Origin: Gammaproteobacteria bacterium
GTDB taxonomy: Bacteria > Pseudomonadota > Gammaproteobacteria > UBA4575
Reading direction: 5' to 3'
Assembly (NCBI GenBank): GCA_965221955.1
Contig: CBDCTA010000022.1
Location: 224,001 to 288,000 of the forward strand
Length of the DNA stretch: 64,000 bases
Below the pieces are notes generated by a model. The model was not told where the DNA came from. It did no database searches and saw nothing but the letters and a program-made list of their open reading frames with translations. Positions 32,258 through 41,756 of this stretch are shown here, in pieces. Position numbers and translations under genes: made by a program. How positions within the stretch are numbered: position 1 is the stretch's first letter; every line of letters begins with the position of its first letter.

Positions 32258-32893
32258 ATGCTAACTCGAAGCTCTGCGAATACCGTTAACGTTTTTGCTC
32301 TATTGTTGTTACCCGTTTCTATCATGGCACATGCTTTTTGGTTGCCAAGATCAGTAAGCGCAACCGCCATTTCCGATGCGGGTTTTATGTCTATCATAAC
32401 ACTCACCTTCTTGGCTTGTGCACTGTTAAGTTTATTCGTAATACTTTTCAGCTCTGAGCTTACCGCTTCTAAAATAACCACATTTGCAGCGGCTTATGCG
32501 ATTCTTATTTATTTTTTACGTGAAGCTGATGTTCATCGGCTATTCACCATCGAGCACGTAACCCGTCCCAAATTTTATTTCATGGAGAATGTACCGTTTT
32601 GGCAAAAAGCTTTTGCAGCAATGGTTTTTTTAATTCTCGCGATATGCCTACTCTACTTATTGTTTAGGTATGCCTCTATGTGGTGGCAAAATCTACGTAA
32701 TTTTCAGCCCTGGGCAGTAGCGTTATTACTATGGTTTTTAGTGTTATTGACTTCGCAGCTATGTGATAAATCGGATCTAAATCGAACTCATTTCGGTCGA
32801 GCGATCGAAGAAAGCTGTGAATGCTGGGCCGCGATATTTTTATTCCTCACTGTGGTGCAAATCATCCCAACACTGAATTTGCGCAACTCATAA
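32258..32893 (+). CDS. Hypothetical membrane protein
   Basis: About 6 TM segments with polar motifs LREAD.H and IEESCE. Confidence 0.7.
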   Translation: MLTRSSANTVNVFALLLLPVSIMAHAFWLPRSVSATAISDAGFMSIITLTFLACALLSLFVILFSSELTASKITTFAAAYAILIYFLREADVHRLFTIEHVTRPKFYFMENVPFWQKAFAAMVFLILAICLLYLLFRYASMWWQNLRNFQPWAVALLLWFLVLLTSQLCDKSDLNRTHFGRAIEESCECWAAIFLFLTVVQIIPTLNLRNS

Positions 32894-32905
32894 GTAGCAA
32901 CGTTT

Positions 32906-33106
32906 TTATCCCCCACCAATCGCATGGATAATTTCGACTGTGTCTCCTGCTTGAATAATCCGCTCAGTCAACGTGCTTCTCGGTATAATCTCTTGGTTGA
33001 TCTCTAATGCTAGTCTTTGCTCAGCGATTCCCAATTCTTGTAATAATTGTTGCGCAGTGAGCTTTTCACTGACTATTCTTAATTCACCGTTAAGTATAAT
33101 TTGCAT
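32906..33106 (-). CDS. thiS: Sulfur carrier ThiS
   Basis: MQIILNGE...EIIHAIGGG. Confidence 0.96.
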   Translation of the reverse strand: MQIILNGELRIVSEKLTAQQLLQELGIAEQRLALEINQEIIPRSTLTERIIQAGDTVEIIHAIGGG

Positions 33107-33148
33107 GATTAATCGTTTTTACTTCTCTTGCTAAGATAGTAATTATAA

Positions 33149-34252
33149 ATGCCAAAAAAACTAAATAATACGTTTGATGTGCTTGTCGTTGGTGGTGGCA
33201 TCATTGGCATGCTTACTGCGCGTAACTTACAAACCCAGGGTCTTAAAGTTGCAGTCATTGATAAAGGTACGTTGGGTAGAGCAGCAACTTGGGCTGCGGG
33301 TGGAATATTATCACCACTTAATCCATGGCAACAAAATAAAACAGCACAATCTTTAATTGAAGAGGGTCAACACAGCTTTGCAACACTTGCAAAGGATTTA
33401 AATCATGAAACTGGAATAGATCCAGAATACTTTCAATCAGGTATGTTGGCGCTGGATATTGATGAGAAATCTCAAGCATTAACTTGGGCCAAACAAAATA
33501 CTCAAACTATCGAACTTGTTTCAGAACATGCTTTATACAAACGCGAACCAAATCTAGCAAAAAATATTCAACAAGCGCTTTTTCTTCCTAACGTTGCACA
33601 AATACGTCCGCCTAAACTCATTGCAGCAATACATCAATCGCTACAGCAACGAAACGTCCGGCTGTATGAAAATACCACCGTCACTGAACTGATTTGTCAA
33701 GCAAATGAAGTAATTGGCGTGAGCACAACGCTTGGGAAACTGTTCGCAAACAAAATAATCCTTGCTAGCGGAGCTTGGACAAGAAATTTATTACAAAAAC
33801 ACACTAGCAATATTGAAGATATTGATATCGAGCCTATACGAGGACAAATACTTTTATATAAAACCCACGAGAAACTTCTTTCACATATTATTTTAAAGAA
33901 AAAAGCCTATCTGATCCCAAGACAAGATGGACACATACTCTGTGGTAGCACACTTGAGCGTGTTGGGTTTGAAAACCAGATCACTACAAAGGCACGTCGA
34001 AAATTAAAAAACATTGCACACGAATTACTCCCGACTTTAGAAGAATATGAACCGATAAAACAATGGTCTGCGCTGCGCCCAGGTACAAAACGCGACAGCC
34101 CTTATATTTGCCAACACCCTGAAATTAGTGGGCTATACCTAAACAGTGGACATTACCGCTATGGCATTATTATGAGCATTGCATCTGCCAGAATCATGAC
34201 AGAGCTAGTGGCTAATTCGCTGAACCTGTCACAAACTGCTGCTTTTGCCTAG
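33149..34252 (+). CDS. thiO: Glycine oxidase
   Basis: GGGIIG, ATWAAGGILSP, PIRGQ, GHYRYGI; divergent from thiS. Confidence 0.9.
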   Translation: MPKKLNNTFDVLVVGGGIIGMLTARNLQTQGLKVAVIDKGTLGRAATWAAGGILSPLNPWQQNKTAQSLIEEGQHSFATLAKDLNHETGIDPEYFQSGMLALDIDEKSQALTWAKQNTQTIELVSEHALYKREPNLAKNIQQALFLPNVAQIRPPKLIAAIHQSLQQRNVRLYENTTVTELICQANEVIGVSTTLGKLFANKIILASGAWTRNLLQKHTSNIEDIDIEPIRGQILLYKTHEKLLSHIILKKKAYLIPRQDGHILCGSTLERVGFENQITTKARRKLKNIAHELLPTLEEYEPIKQWSALRPGTKRDSPYICQHPEISGLYLNSGHYRYGIIMSIASARIMTELVANSLNLSQTAAFA

Positions 34253-34326
34253 TAGATAATTGAGTTTACAATCGATTTATTCAAGTTAACAAGGTGTTAG
34301 CACCGTAAATAGACTTTGTCTAAATT

Positions 34327-34770
34327 ATGTCTATAATCCCAAATATGAGCAGTCTGGATGCATTCCCAAAATCACGTGCTGACGTAGTCGCCTTGCTACG
34401 TGATTCAGGTATTACGCCCACCCATCAACGCATAAAAATCGGCGAAGTGTTGTTTTCCCGTAAGCAGCATTTATCAGCTGAACAAGTGCTCGCTGCAGTG
34501 AACCAAGATGATGATGAAGTTTCAAAAGCGACGGTATACAACACGCTTGGAGTATTTGCTCAACATGGTTTGATAAGAGAAGTCATTGTCGACCCCTCTA
34601 AAGTATTTTACGACTCAAACTTAAGCAAACATCATCATTTATATTATTCTGATAGTGGCAAACTTGAAGATATTGAAAAAGAAAATATCGAAATCTCAAA
34701 ACTGCCCAACTTACCTAGCGATCTACAAATCGAAGATGTGGATGTCATCATCCGCGTACATCGCAAATAA
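34327..34770 (+). CDS. Fur-family regulator (Irr-like)
   Basis: TPTHQR, HLSAEQV, VSKATVYNTL, HHHLY; no C-terminal CxxC. Confidence 0.88.
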   Translation: MSIIPNMSSLDAFPKSRADVVALLRDSGITPTHQRIKIGEVLFSRKQHLSAEQVLAAVNQDDDEVSKATVYNTLGVFAQHGLIREVIVDPSKVFYDSNLSKHHHLYYSDSGKLEDIEKENIEISKLPNLPSDLQIEDVDVIIRVHRK

Positions 34771-34819
34771 TAGTTTCAAAGCTCTTTTTTTAAGCCGTTA
34801 GCATTTACTCCTGCATCAG

Positions 34820-34895
34820 GCCGGAGTAGCTCAGTTGATAGAGCAACTCATTCATAATGAGTAGGTCAGGTGTTCGAAATCCTTATGCGACACCA
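34820..34895 (+). pseudogene. Degenerate tRNA (anticodon reads CAT; body resembles tRNA-Thr CGT)
   Basis: 76 nt ending ACCA; D stem GCTC/GAGC and anticodon stem ACTCA/TGAGT intact, but 3 of 7 acceptor pairs broken, D-loop GG lost, T stem poorly paired. Confidence 0.7.
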
Positions 34896-35021
34896 GCTCT
34901 AGCAGAATACATCCCTAAACAGTTTATTCTATAAGCTTTAGGAGATCTTTTGCGTGTGGGTATTACACGCAAATATATGGTGACGAAGTCACACATATTA
35001 TATGCTTAAGCAACGGGTACC
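34846..35021 (+). repeat. Degenerate direct repeat, left copy
   Basis: Co-linear shared blocks with 40185-40360: ATTCATAA, TCAGG, GACAC, CTCTAGCA, TCTATA.G.TTTAGGAG..CTTTTG, TATTAC, CTTA.GCA, GTAC. Confidence 0.7.
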
Positions 35022-35025
35022 AGTA

Positions 35026-35053
35026 GTAGATTCAAACCTTATTTCCGAAACCA
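35026..35053 (+). repeat. tRNA 3'-end-like relic (possible att remnant)
   Basis: GTAGATTCAAACCTTATTTCCGAAACCA resembles a T arm, acceptor 3' strand and ACCA. Confidence 0.4.
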
Positions 35054-35080
35054 TAAATTCGACAATCGTTAACGTTTTTT

Positions 35081-38000
35081 CTAGTGCAGTGTGCTTTTAT
35101 CTGCAATGTCTTCTTTCAAAATTTTTATCGTCGCAGAGGCTGGGAATTCTGGGCCAAGAATAAATTTAGCGTTATCATTTCCGCTCCAGTTTAAAAACAG
35201 TCGTTCCCCATCCCATGCCCAGTCAAGTTCACCTTTTTGTAAAGATAGACCTTGAACTGAAAGAGAATTTTTTAACCATTGGTTAGGAATTCCAGCCCCT
35301 ATTACTACTGTATAACGGCCCTCATCTAATTCTTCATAGGCAAGCATATTAAATTGAAGAAGAGCCATTTCTGCTGCAGACCAATAATGAGGCGTTATAT
35401 GCGGTGGTGTATGCCAGCCTCTTACATTTTCCCAAAGCTGATAAGAATTTTCTTCACCTTTACCCTCCCACCAAGAATATAATCCTGGTGAGGCCTGATG
35501 CTTCCAAAACCAATTTAGAGTAGCCCAAGCCCGTTGAGGTTTTTCTAGAAATAACCATTGGTGTGCTTCTCCTATATCAAAATATGTCCACTTAGGAAAC
35601 TTGATAAAATTACCTTCTTCGTCTCGCAACTGTCTCCAATTACTTTCTAAAAGTCCCTCATACAATTCTTTCTTATCAACAGCAATTTGTGATGGCCATA
35701 GACCAACAATTCTTGTCCTAACATTATTACGGTCATTATGAGTTTGGATTTCTTTTTCCCAATTTGTTTTTAAATATTGCGCAGTTTTTTGAAACTCTTT
35801 AGCTTTATCGGAATAACCCAGTCTTTCCGCAATATCTACAGCTCTTGTTAAACCTAAATAGGCTGTTGCATTAACATAGAAAATAGGTTTTTGATTGTCC
35901 ATTTTTCCTTGAATCAAACCATTTTCTTCTGGAAACGCTATTCTCATCAACTCTATGTATTTTTTGTTTCTCAAGTCCGGAACAACCGGTTCAGAAAATT
36001 CTTTATAGATTTTTGTTTTTGCATAAAGCATTTCAGTAATAAGGTTAGTCTTACGCAACACATGCGGCCAAATCCAATTATCATAGTCCTCATCATTTAA
36101 TCGACTAGAAACCTCATGAAGAGCCCAGATTGCCAAGCCTGGTGCATCCGCTTCAGCACCAAATCCACCAAAAAAATCTTTTTTCGCAAAATCCTCAGCT
36201 AAGTGTTTTGCAGTATCCAATTCCCCTGCACGAGCCAATGCTGCAATTACATAAGCACCATCTCTCAACCAATTGACATCGTAATGCCCAGGATCTCCAG
36301 GTCTTGTTTCATTATTTATGAATCCTGACTTTAAATGAAATATCTGAGCCTCCAAGCTATTTATAAAATTCTTGTCTGGAACATTTATTTTCAATAAATT
36401 TTCAGATTGAGCTTCAACATAATATGTATTAGCTTCTCCAAGCACCTCTACTTCAACAAAATATTCAACGCTTTCGTCAATAAGAGCTAAAGCACTACCA
36501 AATCCATCGGGGGGCTCCCAAAAATTAATATTCTGATTGTTTAACAAATTAGGAACTTTTCGTTCATCATTAAATAAAATATTAATAGGCTTTCGTTTAA
36601 ATATAATTTTATACTTATCATTTACTATTAATTCATTTTCATTCCGAACAAACTTTCTAATTGGCGCACCCGATGGGCCACTGCTTGTTACTCTTAATGC
36701 TGCCGTCAGATCTTTAGTCTTTTTAGGCTTAAATTTTAAGCTCCATCTGTTATGCCCAGAAACTTGCCAGGTTGAAGAATATTGTGTTGTTTCAGTTGAA
36801 ATTGAATTTTCATTCAAACTTAGTTTTTGTTTAATTTCATCTATAGGGATACTGTTTGATGAAAATTCAAGTTTTCCATCTTCATTAAAAAATACAAAAG
36901 ATATGCCTAAACTGCCAAACCCAGGCGAAAAGCTTCCTCCTGGTTCGTGATAGCCTTTTAGATTTAATAGACTGCCAGGGTTCGCTAGAAGAACATGCCC
37001 ACGGCTTCTTGGCCAGTCAGCACTACTATTGGCAATCTCAAAAAGCAACTTACTACGTTCATTATTTTTTAAGCCGTATTTACCACTATTCAAAGCATTG
37101 GTAATAGCATTAAACTGATTATAATTATTTGCACCCACCAAAATAATCAACACGCTAACAATACCTAATACTAGTTTTCGGTAAGGTGAAATTGCACCTA
37201 TTGCAGCAAACATCACGAGTAAAGGAAGCCAATGAGACGAATATAGAAAAGTTTCATCGCCGTACAAAAGATGCAAAATTAATTGACTAAAAACTATTAA
37301 ACTAAGAACTATTGAAAAGTTCTTAAATTCAAAATAACGTAATGCTGACCAAATACCGTATAGTAGGAGTATTATCCACATAAAAGTAGCACTCCAGCCT
37401 AATAGACCCGTAGAACCTATTTTTGCGAACTGCACACTAACTATTGGAAATTCTAATGCGTACGGATTTTCGAGAAATTGAAACGTCGGCATTATCATGG
37501 AGTGTATAAAAAATGAAATAATTTTTTCTACATAGCCTCCAGCTGCTTCTGCTAACAAATATTCTTCTTCTTCTCGACTCCAAAGAAAGAACTCAGCACT
37601 TGGATAGAGATAAAATTGCACTAGCCATAAAAGAATTACTACAAGTAAAGCATCGAATGTTATACGAAAGAATTTCTTTAATGGCTTGTCTACTAATGTT
37701 GCATAGATACCAGCCATCCAATTCGTGATCGTCATGCTCAGTGAAAATGCACTAGCACCGATATACCAATTTGAATGTAGCTTTACATAGTAGTTAATAG
37801 AAACAACACACATTACACAAAGCATAGATAACGAGCCAAGTAAATATGTTTCAGGGACCGTACTCCAAAATACGGCTGATGAACTTACTGCAGCAAGAAG
37901 CGTGAACAAAACTGCATCTTCTCTATTAAGGCGAATTAATCTAAGCACTAAGAAAATAGCTACAAGCCACAGACCTGCAATGAAAGAAGTGAATATCTTC

Positions 38001-38278
38001 ACAGATTCAATTTTTGAGAATCCAGCGACTCGAAGTACTTTTACAGCAGGGTTCGTCGCGAGTGAAAATATTGGATGTACTTTGGTTCTATAATGATCAC
38101 TGTAGCGATCAGTCATATTTTCAAATACTCGATTAACATCTCCTTGAAACCAAATATTATTATTTTCAACTACATGCTCACTAACTAATCCACTGCCTAA
38201 ATAAGAGAAGAGCACTCCCGAGACAAATAAAATTGATGCAAGTAAAGCATCTAGCTTCTTTAAATGAGGGATTTTCAC
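35081..38278 (-). CDS. Multi-TM (GT-C-like) protein fused to a glycoside-hydrolase-like (alpha/alpha)6 domain
   Basis: About 10 TM segments in the first ~390 aa; C-terminal WLRDGAY motif and aromatic-rich helices (inferred). Confidence 0.65.
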   Translation of the reverse strand: MKIPHLKKLDALLASILFVSGVLFSYLGSGLVSEHVVENNNIWFQGDVNRVFENMTDRYSDHYRTKVHPIFSLATNPAVKVLRVAGFSKIESVKIFTSFIAGLWLVAIFLVLRLIRLNREDAVLFTLLAAVSSSAVFWSTVPETYLLGSLSMLCVMCVVSINYYVKLHSNWYIGASAFSLSMTITNWMAGIYATLVDKPLKKFFRITFDALLVVILLWLVQFYLYPSAEFFLWSREEEEYLLAEAAGGYVEKIISFFIHSMIMPTFQFLENPYALEFPIVSVQFAKIGSTGLLGWSATFMWIILLLYGIWSALRYFEFKNFSIVLSLIVFSQLILHLLYGDETFLYSSHWLPLLVMFAAIGAISPYRKLVLGIVSVLIILVGANNYNQFNAITNALNSGKYGLKNNERSKLLFEIANSSADWPRSRGHVLLANPGSLLNLKGYHEPGGSFSPGFGSLGISFVFFNEDGKLEFSSNSIPIDEIKQKLSLNENSISTETTQYSSTWQVSGHNRWSLKFKPKKTKDLTAALRVTSSGPSGAPIRKFVRNENELIVNDKYKIIFKRKPINILFNDERKVPNLLNNQNINFWEPPDGFGSALALIDESVEYFVEVEVLGEANTYYVEAQSENLLKINVPDKNFINSLEAQIFHLKSGFINNETRPGDPGHYDVNWLRDGAYVIAALARAGELDTAKHLAEDFAKKDFFGGFGAEADAPGLAIWALHEVSSRLNDEDYDNWIWPHVLRKTNLITEMLYAKTKIYKEFSEPVVPDLRNKKYIELMRIAFPEENGLIQGKMDNQKPIFYVNATAYLGLTRAVDIAERLGYSDKAKEFQKTAQYLKTNWEKEIQTHNDRNNVRTRIVGLWPSQIAVDKKELYEGLLESNWRQLRDEEGNFIKFPKWTYFDIGEAHQWLFLEKPQRAWATLNWFWKHQASPGLYSWWEGKGEENSYQLWENVRGWHTPPHITPHYWSAAEMALLQFNMLAYEELDEGRYTVVIGAGIPNQWLKNSLSVQGLSLQKGELDWAWDGERLFLNWSGNDNAKFILGPEFPASATIKILKEDIADKSTLH

Positions 38279-38313
38279 AATGGAGTAAAAAATACTTATA
38301 TAAGGGTATTTTT

Positions 38314-38685
38314 TTATCTAGCAACAAATACAATACCAATAGAAACCAGAAGTGTTCCTATTATTTTAGATACTGTCAGTGTTTCACCAAGAAGCCATGC
38401 GCCTAAAATCATTGTTAATATAAAACCTAAACCAACAAATGGGTAAGCCGTAGTAACATCTAATTTAGCGAGCACAAATAACCATAATACGGCACCAAAC
38501 CCATATAAACTAAGTCCAAGGATTACATAGGGTGAAGAAAATATTGTTTGGATGATCTCTATAAAATTAGTGGCATCAAAAGACTTACCAACTGCATCAC
38601 TACTCATCCCCCGCTTTAAGGAAATTTGCGCTAAAGCAGAAAGACCAACACTGAATATGATTAAACAAAATATACGTAAAGTCAT
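38314..38685 (-). CDS. EamA/SMR-type transporter (ArnE/F-like flippase)
   Basis: LAQISLKRG, LWLFVLAKLDVTTAYP, LLGETLT..KIIG; ATGA overlap with the upstream gene. Confidence 0.85.
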   Translation of the reverse strand: MTLRIFCLIIFSVGLSALAQISLKRGMSSDAVGKSFDATNFIEIIQTIFSSPYVILGLSLYGFGAVLWLFVLAKLDVTTAYPFVGLGFILTMILGAWLLGETLTVSKIIGTLLVSIGIVFVAR

Positions 38686-40145
38686 ATACTTCTCCAAATT
38701 GGTGTTGCGGCCAAACCCATTATAATTATAGAAAAGAAAACGATTAGTAATGTAATTTTATCTTTAATAGCAAAAATTACTGGATCTTCTTGTATATTAT
38801 TTCGTTCTGCCTGCATCCACATTCTACTAATCCAGTACAATAACAAAGGACAGAGCATCCATAAGACTCTTGGTTCGGAATAAATAAGGGTTACTTCTTC
38901 GCTATTTATATATAAAGCCAAAACTAGAATTGCAATATACCCTGAAGCCGTACCCAAACTCATTAACAGCTTTGTATCTGATGACAAATATCCTCTACCG
39001 ATGCTCTCCTGATTCCCTAGGGCAAACGTCTCCTTTAGCTCTATATATCGTTTTATTAGTGCTAAGCTCAAAAAAATGAACATAGAAAATGATAATAGCC
39101 AGAAAGATAGCTCTACATTTACAGCAAAACCACCCGCAATAATTCGAAGCGTATAAAGTGCGGCTAGTGATATAACATCAATTAAAACTTTTTGTTTTAA
39201 ATACAGCGAATAAAACAATGTAATTACTATATATAAAACAAGAGTAATTAAGAATGTTATAGGCAATAAGAACCATGCAACGATTAAACTAATTAGCATA
39301 AGAAAAGGTGAAGCGATTAAGCCAAAAATTATTGGTGCATCTCCAGACGCAAAGGGTCGTTTAACTTTTTTGGGATGCTGCCTATCAGATTCAAGGTCAA
39401 CCAGGTCATTTATGATATATATAGCAGAGGCTGTAAGACTAAATGTTATAAACGCCAAAACACCTACCACAAAGGAATCAATTTTTAATAGTGAAAAAGA
39501 CGTAGCAAGTGGCACAAACACTAATGTGTTCTTTAGCCACTGAGGTAGTCGTAAAACTCGCGCCAATACCAATATGTCAAACTTTCGCTTTTCAACGTTA
39601 ATAAAATCGGGGGCCAGATTATTTTTATTTAATAATTTTTTTAAGGAATTAGAATTATTGACTGTAAGCGCACGCCGAGCATTTTTCCAAACAGAGATAT
39701 CTGCTCGAGAGTCACCAATATAGTCATATCCGTTAACACCATAGTGCTCAGTCAAGAATTTACTCTTTGCAGCACCCTTCAAATTTATTTTTTCATCACT
39801 TGCATATACATCAGTAAAAATATCAAGGTGCTTTGATACAGATGCTGCAATCTTAATGTTTGAAGCCGTGACAAGAACTATATTTTGACCGTTGTCTTTA
39901 TAAAAACGTAATTTGTCGAGTAACTCTTGGTTATATGGAAATAGTTTTGGATTAGGGATTACAGCATTAGCGATTTTTGACTTTAAGAACGCTTTGCCTT
40001 TCAAAGCCCAACCTATAATTGAAAAAACATTAAATGGATTTTTTCCAAGAAACAGTAATATTGATTCAATCAGCGAATCAGTTTTAATAAGCGTACCGTC
40101 TAGATCTACACAGATAGGTATCTTCTTTTCTTCCACAGTATTCAA
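38682..40145 (-). CDS. HAD phosphatase fused to a UbiA-family polyprenyl-phosphate phosphoribosyltransferase
   Basis: CVDLDGTL and YIGDS.AD HAD motifs; LR..QWLKN, YIINDLVDLESDRQHPKK..RPFASG, KRY.E, EDPV.FA.KD. Confidence 0.9.
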   Translation of the reverse strand: MNTVEEKKIPICVDLDGTLIKTDSLIESILLFLGKNPFNVFSIIGWALKGKAFLKSKIANAVIPNPKLFPYNQELLDKLRFYKDNGQNIVLVTASNIKIAASVSKHLDIFTDVYASDEKINLKGAAKSKFLTEHYGVNGYDYIGDSRADISVWKNARRALTVNNSNSLKKLLNKNNLAPDFINVEKRKFDILVLARVLRLPQWLKNTLVFVPLATSFSLLKIDSFVVGVLAFITFSLTASAIYIINDLVDLESDRQHPKKVKRPFASGDAPIIFGLIASPFLMLISLIVAWFLLPITFLITLVLYIVITLFYSLYLKQKVLIDVISLAALYTLRIIAGGFAVNVELSFWLLSFSMFIFLSLALIKRYIELKETFALGNQESIGRGYLSSDTKLLMSLGTASGYIAILVLALYINSEEVTLIYSEPRVLWMLCPLLLYWISRMWMQAERNNIQEDPVIFAIKDKITLLIVFFSIIIMGLAATPIWRSI

Positions 40146-40184
40146 TTTTTTATCATTATGATTGAAAGTCTAGTTTTATATATT

Positions 40185-40360
40185 CTTATTCATAACGAAG
40201 AGATCAGGCGTTTGAATCACTTCTCTGACACTAAACTCTAGCAAAGTATGCTTGTTAATAGCACACTCTATAGGTTTTAGGAGGCCTTTTGTGAGCGTTA
40301 TTACCCAAAAATTAGTTGTCGAACAAGCGACACAGAATTGTCTCTTAGGCAGGGAAGTAC
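40185..40360 (+). repeat. Degenerate direct repeat, right copy (includes decayed tRNA 3' half)
   Basis: CTTATTCATAACGAAGAGATCAGGCGTTTGAATCACTTCTCTGACACTA aligns with 34846-34895; downstream blocks also co-linear. Confidence 0.7.
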
Positions 40361-40656
40361 TATTTGTGTGTATTTTTTAAAAATTCAAATTTAGCTTGTA
40401 AGGCCTAAGCTCAATCAATATCGCCTTCAATGGCATGCATGGAAAGAGGTCAGCCATTGTAAGTAAGATTTTCTTCAGCTTGAGCTCTAGAGATGAATAA
40501 ACCGAAAAAGATTATCTAAGTCGCGCGTAGGCTCATACTGATAGTACTCACGACGATGCACTACCTGCATTTGAATTTATTCCTCATATTAGGAATGTCT
40601 CTTTAGCGTCATAGTTATAGCAACAATACTTATTAAATCTGCAAGTGTTGTTTCAA

Positions 40657-40672
40657 TGTGTCAGAGTTCACA
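40657..40672 (+). promoter_or_regulatory. CRP-like site
   Basis: TGTGT-CAGAGT-TCACA with TACATT about 20 nt downstream. Confidence 0.35.
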
Positions 40673-40821
40673 TAAATCAGATGGTTGTTATTTACATTTG
40701 AATAAATATTCAACTATTTATACCTTTTGTCCTGATTTTAGTGCCATTTAAATCTATCCTCAGTCTTAACAGCCTTTATATTCAATAATCTTTGCGGGTC
40801 GAGGAGAGTCAAGGATGGCAC

Positions 40822-41040
40822 ATGTCTGAAATAAAAGAGCGTCGATCGAATGTAGATCGCCGCCAAGCAACCCCCATAAAACATTTCCCAATTTTAGATT
40901 CCGATGGGAATTTTATAGAGCATGATCGTCGCAGTGGTGAAGATCGCCGTGAGGACCCACGCACAACATTACAGTTTATGCGCGTAAACGATTTATTAGC
41001 TAAATTTGCCGAATTAAATCCAAATGATTCAATTGCCTAA
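40822..41040 (+). CDS. Small hypothetical protein with repeated [ED]RRxxxxDRR motifs
   Basis: AAGGA then ATG 40822; ERRSNVDRR and DRRSGEDRR. Confidence 0.65.
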   Translation: MSEIKERRSNVDRRQATPIKHFPILDSDGNFIEHDRRSGEDRREDPRTTLQFMRVNDLLAKFAELNPNDSIA

Positions 41041-41703
41041 ATTTAGATGACCAGTTTTCACAAATATCACGCAGCCCTCTTTCGTAAATGGAGTGTGAAA
41101 ACTATTAGGCGGGTTTCTGATCCAGGTACCTTGCGGATAACGACCAAACTCGTCTTCAAAAGTACCCTCTAATACAAAGATTTCTTCTCCACCAATATGT
41201 TGGTGCGGCTGGAAAATTGTATTCGCTTCCCACCTCACCAACGCGGTATGTTCATGAATATGTTCATGCAATGGCATCACACTTAATCCTGGCACTAAAC
41301 CAGGTAACCAAGCTTGTTGTTTCGTTTGTAAACAGAACTGCTTGACATCACTTTTTTGAAACTGTTGTAGCTTTACAAAAATCGTACAACCATCTTCACT
41401 AAAAGGAGAATGAGATGTGCCAGCAGGATTGCGCAAATAACTTCCGGCTTCGTAACTGCCATGATTATCAGAGAATGTGCCCTCCAGTACAAAAATTTCT
41501 TCACCATGCACATGACAGTGAGGCCGAAATGCACTGCCAGCTTGATACCGTACAACTGTGGTCACAGGTTCAGGATTTGCATCGATTCTCTCTAAGCGCT
41601 TACGCAACACTCCATCTGCTTCTGAAGTTTCCCACTGCATATTTGCAGTTTCCACCACTACGCGTTGACTATGATCTGCATTGAGTTCTTGTATGGTTTC
41701 CAT
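41029..41703 (-). CDS. Tandem ChrR-like cupin protein
   Basis: Two H.H..GEEIFVLEGTF.D..G.Y..G...RNP....H.PF...GC.IFVK repeats. Confidence 0.92.
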   Translation of the reverse strand: METIQELNADHSQRVVVETANMQWETSEADGVLRKRLERIDANPEPVTTVVRYQAGSAFRPHCHVHGEEIFVLEGTFSDNHGSYEAGSYLRNPAGTSHSPFSEDGCTIFVKLQQFQKSDVKQFCLQTKQQAWLPGLVPGLSVMPLHEHIHEHTALVRWEANTIFQPHQHIGGEEIFVLEGTFEDEFGRYPQGTWIRNPPNSFHTPFTKEGCVIFVKTGHLNLGN

Positions 41704-41756
41704 TTCGAGTTGTTTTGATGTTCTAATATATACAAATTATTTATTGTACTTCTACC

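Noticed and set aside
34820-34895. Functional tRNA-Met/Ile2 (CAT)
   Set aside because: Broken acceptor and T stems and missing D-loop GG; treated as a pseudogene
40400-40600. Possible gene remnant right of the island
   Set aside because: No sustained frame or recognisable motif
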